Origin: Acidobacteriota bacterium
GTDB lineage: Bacteria > Acidobacteriota > UBA890 > WLXD01
Assembly (NCBI GenBank): GCA_963666055.2
Contig: CAXWPH010000015.1
Coordinates: 1,120,001-1,184,000, forward strand
Direction: 5' to 3'
DNA length: 64,000 bases
The translations under genes and the position numbers were made by a program. This document shows, piece by piece, positions 9,273-20,374 of the stretch. Position 1 is the stretch's first letter. Each line of letters begins with the position of its first letter. The notes below the pieces were generated by a model. That model was not told where the DNA came from. It saw only the letters and a list, made by a program, of their open reading frames with translations, and did no database searches.

Positions 9273-10601
9273 ATGGCCGTGTTCGAGTGGTTGCTGGGCA
9301 AGTCGACGCTGTCATCGTTTCGGCGGCCAGGCTTCGTGTGGTTGTGGCTGGCACTGGCGTTGAGTGGCTTCACCCACAGCGTCGCCGCCATTGCGTTCGG
9401 CTGGCTGGCGCTCGAGATCACCGGCTCGCCAGTGGCTGTAGGAACGGTCTTCGCGGTGCGCTACGTGCCGCGTCTGCTGTTCGGCGTGCCCGTTGGGGCG
9501 CTCTCGGACCGCATGGATCGACGTCGAATGCTGCAGCGCGTGGACCTGCTCGGCGCGGTGATGGCTCTGGGCGCTGCCGGATTGGGGCTCACGGGTAACC
9601 TGACGTTTGTGAGTCTGCTGCTCGTTGCCTTTCTGGAGGGCGCTGTCGACACCGTCGAGACGACGCTCGGACGCACCCTCGTCTACGACCTCGTGGGTCG
9701 CTCCGAGGCAGTCAACGGCATGGCGCTGGAGCAGCTCGGCAACCGCGGCATGGGTGCCGTCGGGGCGGTTGGCGCCGGTGTGTTGCTGGCGTGGTATGGG
9801 TCGGCTGCCCCGTTCCTGTCGATGACGATCTCCCTTGGCGCTGCCGTAGCATTGCTGTCTCGGGTACCTCGAGGCCGTCGCTCGCCTCCGCTCGACAACG
9901 TCTCACCCGCCGAGATCGACCCGCGTGGAGACGAGGCCAGCGCGCAAGTGCCTGAAGCTCGCGCCTCGGGGGCAACGGCGCCCCGCCGCAGGCGGAACCT
10001 CGCGGTCGTTCTCGAGGGCTTCGCCGTGCTGTGGCGCAACCCGGCCGTGTTGCTGCTCGCCGCGATCGGCGCCGCGGCGGAGATTTTCGCCTTCTCCAGT
10101 GATGCGCTGCTGTCGTCATTCGCGCGCGACATCCTGGAGGTCGGTGCGACCGGGCTGGGCAACCTGACCGCCGCTCGGCAAGTCGGCGGCGTCGCCGGCT
10201 TACTGACGCTCGCCGCGCTCTCGACGCGGTTGCGGCCGGGTACGCTGCTATTCTGGATGTGCGGGCTGTTCTCGATGTCGCTGATAGCCTTCGCCGGCTC
10301 CACCTCCTACTCCCTATCGATACTCCTGATGCTGGGGATCGGCGTTGCCTGGGCGGCTCTCGATGTGCTGTTGCCGAAGCTGGTCCAGGACCGCGTCCCT
10401 GACGACGAGCGGGGCGCCGCCGTCGGCGTTTGGAACCTCAGCCGCGGTGCCGGCCCGCTCGGCAACCTCGAGACCGGGGCGGTCGCTGGGGCGCTTGGGA
10501 CACCGATGGCACAGGTGATCAACGCCGGCGCCTTGCTGATAGTGGTGGCGGCCGCCGCGTGGTTGCAACGGTTCCCGCGTTGGCGGATATCGTCAACATG
10601 A
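9273..10601 (+). CDS. MFS transporter (MFS_3/EntS-like)
   Basis: GWLALEITGSPVAVG, GALSDRMDRRRML, VQDRVPDDERG; 12-TM pattern. Confidence 0.88.
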   Translation: MAVFEWLLGKSTLSSFRRPGFVWLWLALALSGFTHSVAAIAFGWLALEITGSPVAVGTVFAVRYVPRLLFGVPVGALSDRMDRRRMLQRVDLLGAVMALGAAGLGLTGNLTFVSLLLVAFLEGAVDTVETTLGRTLVYDLVGRSEAVNGMALEQLGNRGMGAVGAVGAGVLLAWYGSAAPFLSMTISLGAAVALLSRVPRGRRSPPLDNVSPAEIDPRGDEASAQVPEARASGATAPRRRRNLAVVLEGFAVLWRNPAVLLLAAIGAAAEIFAFSSDALLSSFARDILEVGATGLGNLTAARQVGGVAGLLTLAALSTRLRPGTLLFWMCGLFSMSLIAFAGSTSYSLSILLMLGIGVAWAALDVLLPKLVQDRVPDDERGAAVGVWNLSRGAGPLGNLETGAVAGALGTPMAQVINAGALLIVVAAAAWLQRFPRWRISST

Positions 10602-10622
10602 CGCCCCTGTTGCCACGGCCTG

Positions 10623-11663
10623 CTAGGCGCCAACCGACATCTTCATCCAGCCGGAGGTGTTGTGGAAGTCCGCCACGGCAGAGCCAGGGGGCACCAGCGC
10701 ATCGCAGGCGGCACGCGTCTCGTCGTCGAGCTTCATCTCGGCGACGGGCAGCGCATCTTCGAGGTGCTCCATCGTGCGCGGCCCCATCAGAGGGGCGGTC
10801 ACGCCCGGCTGGTCCTTGGTCCACAGCAGGGCGAGCTGCGCCGAGGAGATGCCGAGCTCGCGAGCGATTGCGCCGAAGCGTCGCCCGATCTCCACGCCCC
10901 GAGGCGTGACGCGATCCCGGTAGAAACCACCTCGGTATACGGCTCGCGAATCCTGCGGCAGATCTTCCGCATCGTCGTAGCGGCCCGCTAGCACGCCCAT
11001 TCCCATCGGCGCCCAGGTGATGAGACCGATGCCGTGCTTCTGAGCCAACGGAATCAGCTCGTTCTCGATGCGCCGATCCAGCAGGTTGTAGGGCGATTGC
11101 TCCGTGACGATGCGCTGATAACCGAGCTCCCTGCTGATCGCCAGCGCCTCCATCACCACCCATGCGGGATGGGTCGACGTGCCTACGTAGCGGACCTTGC
11201 CGGACCGCACGAGATAGTCGAGCGCGCCGAGCGTCTCGTCGAGCGGGATCTCGGGCGAGTGGCGGTGCGCGTAGTAGACGTCGATGTAGTCGGTCTGGAA
11301 GCTGCGCAGCGAGGTTTCCCAGGCGCGGATCACGTTGTACTTGGAGAGGCCGTGGGTGTTGGGCTTGGAGACCGGCGTGTGCTCGTCGAGAGACTGGCCA
11401 GGAATGCTCATGCAATGGTCGACCTTCGTCGACAGCAGCACCTCGTGCCGGCGGCCGTTCTCCTTGAGGGCTCGACCGATCATCCGCTCCGCTTCGCCGG
11501 CCGCGTACACGTCTCCCGTGTCCAGGAAGTTCACGCCGGCATCGAGTGCCACGTTGAGCATGCGCTTCGACTCGTCCTCGGGGGTTGGATCGAGAAAGTT
11601 GTCCGTGCCGAAGGCGATGCAGGAGACCTGCAAGCCGGTCCTACCCAGGGTGCGATATTCCAA
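10623..11663 (-). CDS. Aldo/keto reductase
   Basis: [54 protein letters not shown] start with AGGAG upstream. Confidence 0.95.
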   Translation of the reverse strand: MEYRTLGRTGLQVSCIAFGTDNFLDPTPEDESKRMLNVALDAGVNFLDTGDVYAAGEAERMIGRALKENGRRHEVLLSTKVDHCMSIPGQSLDEHTPVSKPNTHGLSKYNVIRAWETSLRSFQTDYIDVYYAHRHSPEIPLDETLGALDYLVRSGKVRYVGTSTHPAWVVMEALAISRELGYQRIVTEQSPYNLLDRRIENELIPLAQKHGIGLITWAPMGMGVLAGRYDDAEDLPQDSRAVYRGGFYRDRVTPRGVEIGRRFGAIARELGISSAQLALLWTKDQPGVTAPLMGPRTMEHLEDALPVAEMKLDDETRAACDALVPPGSAVADFHNTSGWMKMSVGA

Positions 11664-11736
11664 GAGCGGCTCCTGGTGCGTTGGGAGCGTTGCCGACGCT
11701 CCGTTTGGATGGGTTCGGTCCCCTTCGGATCGGAAC

Positions 11737-14170
11737 TCAGTTCCGCATGCGGGCGCCCGCCGGGTCGAAGAGCGGCTCCTTCAGGAGCGTGGCGTTCCTG
11801 CGAATGCCGAGGATCTCGATCTCCAAGCTCTCGCCGACGTCGGCCAGCTCGGATGGCACGTAGCCGAGGGCGACCGACTGCTGCGACCAATGGGCGTAGC
11901 CGCCCGAGGTGACCCAGCCCACCACCTCGTCGTCGTGCCAGATCGGTTCGTCGCCGATCACGTCGGCATCGACGGCGTCGACCGCGAACGTGACCAGCCG
12001 TCGCTTCGGGCCCGAGTCTCGCTCGGCAACGGCCGCGTCGCGCCCGACGAACTCGCCCTTGTCGGGTTTGACGAACACACCGAAGCCGGCCTCGTATGGT
12101 CCGTAGGTCGGGCGGTACTCACGGGCCCATGATCCGAAGCCCTTGTCGAGGCGCAGAGAATCGAGGGCGCGAAGCCCGAAGAGCCGCAGCCCATGGGGCT
12201 CGCCGGCCGCCCGGAGGGTACAGAACAACGTTCGTAGGTACTCGGGCCTGACCCAGATCTCGTAGCCCAGGTCTCCCGTGAAGGTGATGCGGCCGACCAT
12301 GGCCGGGATCATGGCGACGTCCAACCGACGGAAGTCGAGGAAACCGAAGGCCTCGGCCGACACGTCGGTTGACGCTAGATCCTGCAACACGGCCCGCGAC
12401 GCCGGGCCGGCGATCGAGAGTCCGACGAGGCCGACCCCCTCGGCTCGGAGCTGCACGCTGTCGTCGTCGGGGAGGTGCCGGGCGAACCACCGCATGTGGT
12501 ACTGCTCGGCGATGCCCGACCCGAACACGTAGTACGAGTCGGCATCGAGCGCCGCCACAGTGAAATCGCCGATCAGCCGTCCTTGCTCGTTCAGCATGGG
12601 GCTCAGCACCATGCGCCCTGGCGGCGGGATCCGGTTGGTGAGCAGCCCCGACAGCCATCGGCTGGCGCCCGGGCCGGTGACCGCGTACTTGGCGAAATTC
12701 GAGATCTCGGTCAGCCCCACCTGTTCGCGGACAGCTCGGCTCTCCTCGCCCACCGCGTCGAACGCATTCGAGCGCTTGAACGTGATCTCTTCGACCGGGT
12801 CGAGGCCGGGACGCTGAAACCAGAGCGGATATTCCAGGCCGAAGGCCGCGCCCCACACCGCGTTGGCCGCGGTCTGCTCGTCGTAGATGGCCGTGGTCTG
12901 GAGCGGCCGGCCGGCCGGGAGCTCCTCGTTGGGGAAGGCGATCTTGAATCGGCGCGAGTAGAACTCTCGCACCTTGGCGTCGGTGTAGGCCGGCGTGGCC
13001 CAATTGCCGAACCGGGTCGAGTCCATGCCCCAAACGTCCATGCCTGGGTCGCCATCAGTCATCCACCCCGCCAGTGCCAAGCCGACTCCGCCGCCCTGGC
13101 TGAATCCGGCCATCACGCCGCACGCCAACCAGTAGTTGGGGAGATCGCGGACAGGCCCGACGAGTGGGTTGCCGTCGGGGGTGAATGTGAACGGGCCGTT
13201 GATGATCTGCTTGATCGGGGCGTCGGCGAAGGCGGGGAAGTGGGCGAAGCCGACCTTGAGCGAGTCGGTGATTCGATCGAGGTCGGGTGGAAGCAGCTCA
13301 GTGTCGAAGTCCCAGGGCGTGTCCGCGTGGTGCCCACGGCCTGCCGCCCTGCTCGTAGGTGCCGATCAACATGCCCTCACCCTCCTGGCGCAGATACAGC
13401 TCACCGCCGAAATCGAGCGCTCCGACGAGCTCACGGCCGTCGTTGGCCGAGTTGTACGCCACGACCTCGGGCAGCGCATCGGTCACCAGGTACTGATGTT
13501 CCATCGCCAGCACCGGCAGCTCGAGACCGACCATGCGCCCCACTTCGCGCGCCCACAGGCCGGCGGCGTTGACGACGTGCTCGGCGTGGATGACTCCGGC
13601 CTCGGTCACGACGTCCCACGTCGAGTCCGTGCACTGCACCAGATCGGTGACCATGGTGTGAAGGTGGACCTCGGCGCCCGCCTTCTGCGCCGCCCCGGCG
13701 TAGGCTTTGGGAACTCCCACGGTGTCGACGTGGCCCTCGAGCGGGTCGTAGACCGCGCCGACGAAGTACGACGGGTCCATCATGGGGAACAAACTCTCGG
13801 CTTCCGCCATCGAGATGATCTCGGTCTCCATCCCCAGGTACCGGCCGCGTCCGTGGACCATCTTCAGCCAGTCGAGTCGCTCTTCGCTGTCGGCCAGAAT
13901 CACGCCACCGGTGAGGTGCAGGCCGCAGTCCTGGCCCGAGACCTCCTCGATCTCGCGATACAGCTCGATCGTGTATTTCTGCAGGCTGGCGACGTTGGGG
14001 TCGCCGTTCAGGGTGTGGAACGCCCCGGCGGCGTGCCAGGTCGACCCAGAGGTCAGCTCCCGCCGTTCGAGCAGGACGACATCGGTCCATCCCGCCTTGG
14101 TGAGGTGGTACAGCACGCTGCACCCGACCACGCCACCGCCGATCACCACCACCTGGGCGGTGTCCTTCAT
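11737..14170 (-). pseudogene. GcvT-family FAD-dependent oxidoreductase (dimethylglycine/sarcosine dehydrogenase-like), split by a 1-bp frameshift near 13324
   Basis: N-half VVVIGGGVVG...TSGSTWHAAG. Removing one base at 13323-13324 joins PWAPR to DTPWDFDTELL...INGPFTFTPDGNPLVG...ACGVMAGFSQGGG and the GcvT domains (ITFTGDLGYE, LDSLRLDKG, VTSGGYAH). Confidence 0.88.
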
Positions 14171-14191
14171 CTTGGGCCTCTCACAACTCCC

Positions 14192-16321
14192 CTACTGGTA
14201 GTCTCGCTGGACGGTGTCTTCCCAGGTGCGCTCGCGTACCAGCACGCCGTCACGCAGCAATCGTCGTGTGTACGTGTAGTAGAAGTTCTCGTAGTCGCTG
14301 CGGAACGAGAGCTCGGCTTCCCAGACTAGGGTGTGGCCCCCGATCTCGAGCTCGATCGTGTGGTCGCCGGTCATCGAGCTCACCTCGGGGCTGTCGTCCC
14401 CTACCTCGTGGGCGATCTGTTCGAGATACCGGTAGGTGCCCCACGGGTACTCGGTGCCGCCGGTGTTCCTGGCCTCGACCCGAGTCGTGTGACTCGCCGT
14501 GTCGTACTTGATGGAACCGATCTCTCCGTAGCCCGAAGCATTGCCGGTATCGAGCTTTCGGAAGCCCGGATACACCGGATCCGCCTGCGGAGCTTGGAAG
14601 GGTGGCACGGGCCGCTCCTCGTACGGAATCACCGGAAGTACGACCCGCGCCGGGCTATCGCCGCCGATTGCGAGCGTCGTGGTCATGGCGTCACGGCTGG
14701 GCCAGGCCATCGGCCACTGCGAGTTGCTCACCGACAGCCGGATCCGATGTCCTTTGGGGAACACCCACGAGGTGAAGTGCATCTCGATGTCCAGCGGAAA
14801 CACCTCTCCGGGAACGACGTCCTGCGGGTCTCGCGCCGAGTTCCGATGCGTGCCGTTGAATCCGGCCCCCGCCACCAGCGTCACGGTGCCGTCGGGTGCC
14901 ACGTCGTTGAGGCGCGCGAACCAGTTGGCCCGTCGTGCCGACGCCGAGACACTCAGGAGGGCGTGTGGCAGCCCGAGGATCTCGGTGTCTTCGGCCAACG
15001 GTGCCGTGTCGTAGACCAGACTGTAGGCGTCGGTCGGTTTCTGGTCGGGCGCCACGTCGCTCCAGTACATCGTCGGTCCGCCCGCCTCGATTCCGGCGGC
15101 CGGCGCATAACGCATCTGATGCACCGCGCCGGCCGGGACCGACTCGTCCAAGGTATGGTTCGGCTGCGCATGCAGGATCCAGTCGCGGGTACGCTCGATC
15201 GGCCAGCCCTCTTCCCACCGCCAGGTGCCCGGCGCCTCGACGAGCACCGGACCCGGCGGGTGCCAGTTGCGCACGTACACCGCGAACGCCGGCTCGTCCA
15301 TGATTCCGGTGTCGCGACCGCGGAGCCAGTGGTCGAACCAGCGCACCGCCTCTCGGCGCCACTCGATCTGCGGCAACGGGTAGGCGTTGTGCGGGTAGTA
15401 GTGTGACCAGGGCCCGATAATCCCCTTCACCGGAGCCTCGAGGTTCTCGAGCATGCGCGGCACGGTGTCGCGATAACCGTCGTACCAACCGCCGATCACG
15501 AATGTGGGGATACGGATGCGTTCGTACTGACGAACCAATGATGATCGGTCCCAGAAAGGGCTTTCCCGCTGGTGGTGGATGTACGTCATCATCGACGGAG
15601 CAACGTCGAAGCGGTCGCGGAAGTAGGCCTCGTCGATGGTGTACTCGGGCGCTGCCGGCCTGGCCTGTTGGAGGTCGTGGCTCATCTGCCACGACTCGGC
15701 CAGGCGCGGGATGCCGTCGATGTAGTGCACATCGTCCTGATATAGATCGTCGGTGGCGGCCACCGCGATAATCGCCCTGAGCGCCGGCGGGTTTCGCATC
15801 GCCATATGGATGGCGTTGAAGCCGCCCCACGAGATGCCGAACATCCCCACGTTGCCGCTCGAATACGACTGTCTCGAGAGCCAGTCGATCACCACGTCGC
15901 CGTCTTCCTGCTCGATCTCGCTGTACTCGTAGGGGATCGTCCGGCCCTCGCTGTTGCCGGTGCCGCGGATGTCGACCCTGGCGACCACGAAGCCGCGCTC
16001 GACGAAGTAGGAATACAGCGAGTAGTTCCGATCCCGTCTCTCGTTCTTGCGGTACGGGAGGTACTCGAGCAGTACCGGGAACTTCTCCCCGGCCTCACCG
16101 CCGGTGGGCATGTACATGTCGGCCGACAGCCGCACACCGTCGGGCATCGGAATCCACGCCTCCTGGAGCGCGATCTCGTAGGTGGGCTGCGAGACCGAGC
16201 CCGCGGCGAGGGAACTGGTTGCCGGCGGCGCGGCGCCGGATGTCGCCGCAAGCGGGAGGACGGCGAGGGCCGCCAGCAGGCTTGCTGAGAACGTCGCTCG
16301 TCGAGTTGCCGTGAATCGCAT
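14192..16321 (-). CDS. Secreted CocE/NonD-family hydrolase (peptidase S15)
   Basis: Signal peptide; IPMPDGVRLSAD, LEYLPYRK, VDIRGTGNSEG, nucleophile GISWGG, GGWYDGY, IGPWSH; PepX_C-like domain. Confidence 0.93.
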   Translation of the reverse strand: MRFTATRRATFSASLLAALAVLPLAATSGAAPPATSSLAAGSVSQPTYEIALQEAWIPMPDGVRLSADMYMPTGGEAGEKFPVLLEYLPYRKNERRDRNYSLYSYFVERGFVVARVDIRGTGNSEGRTIPYEYSEIEQEDGDVVIDWLSRQSYSSGNVGMFGISWGGFNAIHMAMRNPPALRAIIAVAATDDLYQDDVHYIDGIPRLAESWQMSHDLQQARPAAPEYTIDEAYFRDRFDVAPSMMTYIHHQRESPFWDRSSLVRQYERIRIPTFVIGGWYDGYRDTVPRMLENLEAPVKGIIGPWSHYYPHNAYPLPQIEWRREAVRWFDHWLRGRDTGIMDEPAFAVYVRNWHPPGPVLVEAPGTWRWEEGWPIERTRDWILHAQPNHTLDESVPAGAVHQMRYAPAAGIEAGGPTMYWSDVAPDQKPTDAYSLVYDTAPLAEDTEILGLPHALLSVSASARRANWFARLNDVAPDGTVTLVAGAGFNGTHRNSARDPQDVVPGEVFPLDIEMHFTSWVFPKGHRIRLSVSNSQWPMAWPSRDAMTTTLAIGGDSPARVVLPVIPYEERPVPPFQAPQADPVYPGFRKLDTGNASGYGEIGSIKYDTASHTTRVEARNTGGTEYPWGTYRYLEQIAHEVGDDSPEVSSMTGDHTIELEIGGHTLVWEAELSFRSDYENFYYTYTRRLLRDGVLVRERTWEDTVQRDYQ

Positions 16322-16533
16322 TCGGCGTTCCTCCTGCGCCCAGCTTCACCGGATCATCAGAGCGCCAGTGACCTCCCCGGTCCCAGGGGCCGATCCCTGT
16401 CACTGAGGGGCGCGATGCTACCATCGTCGCGCGTAGCCGATCCAGACCGAACGGGTATCGGAAGTTGGGCCACCGGGATTCGAAACTGGGACCCTGCTAG
16501 AGCGGTTCAGTGGTCCCAAAGCTCGCAAGGGCG

Positions 16534-17646
16534 CTATCTGCCCGAGCGAGCGACCTGCCTCTCGGGGATACGCACCGTCCACATGCCGAACGCGTAGTCA
16601 CCGAGCTCGAGGCGGGCGACCTCTCGTTCTTCGGCGAGCGAGATGATCGAGACGCTGTCGTCGTAGCGCGCGCTGGCGTAGCAGTACTTGCTGTCGAGGC
16701 TCGCGGTCATCCAGTAGGGCTCGCTACCGATCGGAATCGTGGCTAGCAGATCCAGCCCCTCCACCGAGACGATCCCGACGTAGTCCCCTGCTGTGCCCGC
16801 TACGCAGAGCCGGGTCTCGTCGGGCGTCAGCGCCAGACCATGGTGTGCCGTGTGAGGCCAGGTCTTCATGTGCTCCACACCGTCCGGTACTGGTAGATGG
16901 ATGGTCTTGACGACGCGATCGGTTTTCAGGTCGAGCACGACGAAGCCGTGCAGCTTGGAGAGCTGAATGAACATCGTCTGTTCATCGGCCGTGATCGCGA
17001 ACGGCCGCACGCCCTCATCGAACTGAATCGTCCGGATAACCTCGAACGTGCCGGCATCGGCGATGGTGATCTGATCGCACAGGATGCAACCGTTGTAGAC
17101 ACGCTTGCCGTCGGGCGACATATGCATGCTGTGCGGGCCGATGCCGGTATTGATCTTGCCGACGACTGCGGGCTCGACGGTGTCGATCACGACCGCATGG
17201 CTCTCGCTGATCACCGAGACGAACAGATAGCGCCCGTCGTGCGAGAGAGCCATGTGATCGGCGATTCCGCCGACCGGCAGCCGCCACAGCAGCTCCTCGG
17301 TCGCCGTGCTGAATGCCACGACGTCGCGAACCTCGTCGCGAGCCAGGTACAACACCTGGCCCGTGCTCGGCGCCACCAGGTCGTACGCCAGCCCGCCTTC
17401 TGGTCGCTGGTCGGCCGGGATGTCGGGCAGGGCGTCGAACTTGCCGATCACCTCGAAGCTCGGCACCTCGATAACGGAGATCGTCCCCTCCATCCGGTTA
17501 GCGACGTAGAGGATCTCGATGTCGTCGCTCGCTTCGACCGCGCCACTATCCTGGTTCGGCGCCGACCCCCACCAGAGCAGGGGCAGGCATGCCACGAGCA
17601 ACCACGGTTTGCGAGAGAAGGGTCTTTGCGGGTGTGCGGGTCCCAA
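16534..17646 (-). CDS. YncE/YVTN-type beta-propeller protein, probably exported
   Basis: LYVANRMEGTISVI, DHMALSHDGRYLFVS, PHSMHMSPDGKRVY, HGLALTPDETRLCV. Start codon uncertain. Confidence 0.82.
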   Translation of the reverse strand: MGPAHPQRPFSRKPWLLVACLPLLWWGSAPNQDSGAVEASDDIEILYVANRMEGTISVIEVPSFEVIGKFDALPDIPADQRPEGGLAYDLVAPSTGQVLYLARDEVRDVVAFSTATEELLWRLPVGGIADHMALSHDGRYLFVSVISESHAVVIDTVEPAVVGKINTGIGPHSMHMSPDGKRVYNGCILCDQITIADAGTFEVIRTIQFDEGVRPFAITADEQTMFIQLSKLHGFVVLDLKTDRVVKTIHLPVPDGVEHMKTWPHTAHHGLALTPDETRLCVAGTAGDYVGIVSVEGLDLLATIPIGSEPYWMTASLDSKYCYASARYDDSVSIISLAEEREVARLELGDYAFGMWTVRIPERQVARSGR

Positions 17647-18073
17647 GTTCGGGTCCTCCTCTTACTCTACGGAGACACTACCCGGTTCCCACCGTGTAGG
17701 TAACGACTCGGAATCTATGACATGCAGAAGCCGCCGAAGGATCGGAAGGCGCGTAGGGTCGACGACTCCATCGGTGCCGCCAAAACGGCCAGCCCCGACT
17801 CGCAACCAGGGAGCAAGTCGACAAGGAAGCGAAGGAGCAAAGACCTACGCTCTCACGAGCCAGTACGGCCCAGAGAAGGACCCCCGGAGATTAAGATGGA
17901 GAGGCACGCGCGAGTCTAGGTTCGACACACTTCCAGAGCAGTAGAGGGATAGCCATGGCCACCGATTACAAGCCCCTGGCTGTAGTAGAGGACATGAGTC
18001 CTCTCAGCATGGAGAGCGTGACGCTAGGTCAACGCTTTGAGCCTCGGTACGCGAACTTACGCACGGTGACCCC

Positions 18074-19681
18074 ATGAAGGCATCGGCGCGCAGGGCGACT
18101 GCCATGGCGGTGCTGGTGGCCGCTACGGCCCTCGCGGTGCCCGCGGTCTCGGCACAAAACCCGGCGGCACCCGATCGAACCGTCGGGGAAGGGCCGTTCC
18201 AGCGCCTGATCCTGCGCACGGCGACCTTGATCGACGGTACCGGGGCGCCGCCCCGAGGGCCGGTCGACATTGTTGTCGAGGGCAACCGCATCGTCGATAT
18301 CCGCAACGTCGGCGTGCCGGGGGCGGCCATCGACGAGTCGCGGCGGCCGCAGGCGAACGCCAGCGACCGCGTGCTCGAGCTCGGTGGCGCCTATGTGCTC
18401 CCGGGCTTCGTCGACCTGCACGGCCACCTCGCGGGGCCGGAAACTCCCGCCGAGTACATCCTCAAGCTCTGGATGGGGCACGGCATCACGACGAGCTCAG
18501 ACCCTGGCAGCGAAAACGGCATCCGCTGGATGCTCGAGCATCAGGCGCGCAGCCAGGCGAACGAGATCACCGCGCCGCGGCTCTACCCGTCGGTCTCATT
18601 CGGGCAGGGACACGACGGTCCCATCGCGACGCCGCAGCAGGCGAGCGCCTGGGTTGCGGAGATGGCAGACATGGGCGCGCACGGGATCAAGTTCTTCGGG
18701 GCCCGGCCCGACATCATGGGAGCGGCGCTCGACGAGGCTCGCCGACGAGGGCTGTACTCCACGATGCACCACGCCCAGCTCGACGTGGCGTGGATGAACG
18801 TGCTCGACTCGGCGCGGCTCGGGCTCACCTCGATGCAGCATTGGTACGGCCTGCCGGAGGCGCTGTTCAAGGATCGCGCCATCCAGGACTTCCGCCTCGA
18901 CTACAACTACAACGACGAGCAGCATCGCTTCAGCGAAGCCGGGAGACTCTGGCAGCAGGCGGCGGCGCCGTACACGCCGCACTGGAACGCAGTGATGGAT
19001 GAGCTTCTCGAGCTCGACTTCACGATCGTGCCGACTTTCGTTGCCTACGAGACGACGCGTGATTTCATGCGCATGGCGCGCGCCGAATGGCACGAGGAAC
19101 ATACGCTGCCTTCGCTGTGGCGGTTCTACCTGCCCAACCGGGTCGCCCACGCCTCGTATTGGTTCTACTGGGGCACCGAGGAGGAGGTGTCGTGGAAACG
19201 CAACTACCAGCTGTGGATGACGTTCATCAACGAATACAAGAACCGTGGCGGCCGGGTAGCCATCGGCACCGACTCCGGCTACTCATACAACCTCTACGGC
19301 TTTTCGTTCGTGCGTGAGATGGAGCTCTTCCGCGAGGCAGGGTTTCATCCCCTCGAGGTGATCCGCGCCGCCACCCTCGATGGTGCGCACGCCCTGGGGG
19401 TGGCCGACGAGGTCGGGTCGATCGAGGTCGGCAAGATGGCCGACTTCGTAATCGTGGAGGAGAACCCACTGCAGAACCTGAAGGTCCTCTACGGCATCGG
19501 TGCGATTAAGCTGCTAGAGGACAACAGCATTACCCGCGTCGGCGCGATCAGGTACACGATCAAAGACGGCGTTATCTTCGACGCGCCGGCCTTGCTCGCC
19601 GATGTTCGCCGCATGGTGCGCGCCGCAAAGGATCGCGAGGGCTTCGAGATCACCCAGCCTGGCCGGGGCCCGTTCCAATGA
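18074..19681 (+). CDS. Secreted metal-dependent amidohydrolase
   Basis: Signal peptide; LIDGTGAPP, VLPGFVDLHGH, AIGTDSG, GSIEVGKMADFVIV. Confidence 0.92.
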   Translation: MKASARRATAMAVLVAATALAVPAVSAQNPAAPDRTVGEGPFQRLILRTATLIDGTGAPPRGPVDIVVEGNRIVDIRNVGVPGAAIDESRRPQANASDRVLELGGAYVLPGFVDLHGHLAGPETPAEYILKLWMGHGITTSSDPGSENGIRWMLEHQARSQANEITAPRLYPSVSFGQGHDGPIATPQQASAWVAEMADMGAHGIKFFGARPDIMGAALDEARRRGLYSTMHHAQLDVAWMNVLDSARLGLTSMQHWYGLPEALFKDRAIQDFRLDYNYNDEQHRFSEAGRLWQQAAAPYTPHWNAVMDELLELDFTIVPTFVAYETTRDFMRMARAEWHEEHTLPSLWRFYLPNRVAHASYWFYWGTEEEVSWKRNYQLWMTFINEYKNRGGRVAIGTDSGYSYNLYGFSFVREMELFREAGFHPLEVIRAATLDGAHALGVADEVGSIEVGKMADFVIVEENPLQNLKVLYGIGAIKLLEDNSITRVGAIRYTIKDGVIFDAPALLADVRRMVRAAKDREGFEITQPGRGPFQ

Positions 19682-20150
19682 ATAGCATCCATGATCTGGG
19701 CGGGATGACGATCTGGGCGGGATGACCTGTTTTGGCCCGGTCGCGCGGGAGCACGGCGAGCCGGTCTTTTGCGCCGAGTGGGGAAGACGTGTCTTCGCGA
19801 TGAATCTCGCCGCCGGCGGGCCCGGGCCGATCGACGCGGCGCGCCACGCCAGTGAGCGAATGGACCCATTGCTCTATCTCACCGTCTCGTACTACGAACG
19901 GTGGCTGGCCGGCATGGAGGCGCGAGCCAAGGAGGTAGGCGTGCTCTCCGAGGAGGAGATCGCCAGCGGCGTCTCCACGACGAAACCGCCCGCTGGGGAT
20001 CCACCCCCGAACGCAGAGATCATCGAGGCGATCGTGCGCGGCGGAATGGCATCCAGCCCGCAACATCGGGTGGCTCCAACCACGATTCGACGTCGGCGAT
20101 CGGACCCCTGGGAGGACTACCTGGATCCGGTAGCGACGGGTGTCGAATGA
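19678..20150 (+). pseudogene. nthB: Nitrile hydratase beta subunit, frameshifted and internally deleted
   Basis: ATG at 19678 gives MNSIHDLGGM. A 17-bp tandem duplication gatctgggcgggatgac (19693-19709, 19710-19726) shifts the frame. Removing it gives MNSIHDLGGMTCFGPV...W...RVF...RHASERMDP..YL..SYYERWL. It ends DPWEDYLDP but lacks most of the SH3-like domain. Confidence 0.85.
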
Positions 20151-20374
20151 GTGACGATCCCCAGCATGACCATGATCACGATCACGACCACCCCCACGAC
20201 CACCCCCACGACCACCCCCACAGTGCTCCGCCGAACCCGTATCTAGAGCCGCGGCGAACCGCCGACGAGACCGCCGCCCTCGAGCAGCGTGCGCAAGCGA
20301 TCGAAGCGTTGCTGATCGACAAGGGCCTGGTGTCGAAAGACGTACCTGAGCGACCTCGTCCCGGTCGTCAGTGA
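20147..20374 (+). pseudogene. nthA: Nitrile hydratase alpha subunit, N-terminal fragment only
   Basis: ATGA-coupled to the beta gene. His-rich MSDDPQHDHDHDHDHPHDHPHDHPH, then EQRAQAIEALLIDKGLV. It breaks off before the CxxCSC metal site. Confidence 0.78.

Noticed and set aside
13298-13340. Programmed ribosomal frameshift in the GcvT-family gene
   Set aside because: No slippery sequence or homopolymer run, and no precedent I know of in this family.
17650-18070. 65-aa basic ORF (17722-17919) or an ncRNA in the divergent gap
   Set aside because: No recognisable motif or convincing structure; cannot be supported without a search.
20167-20222. cacgaccacccc tandem repeats as a CRISPR or VNTR locus
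   Set aside because: They encode the His-rich N-terminus of the NHase alpha remnant. There are no spacers and no cas genes in the window.
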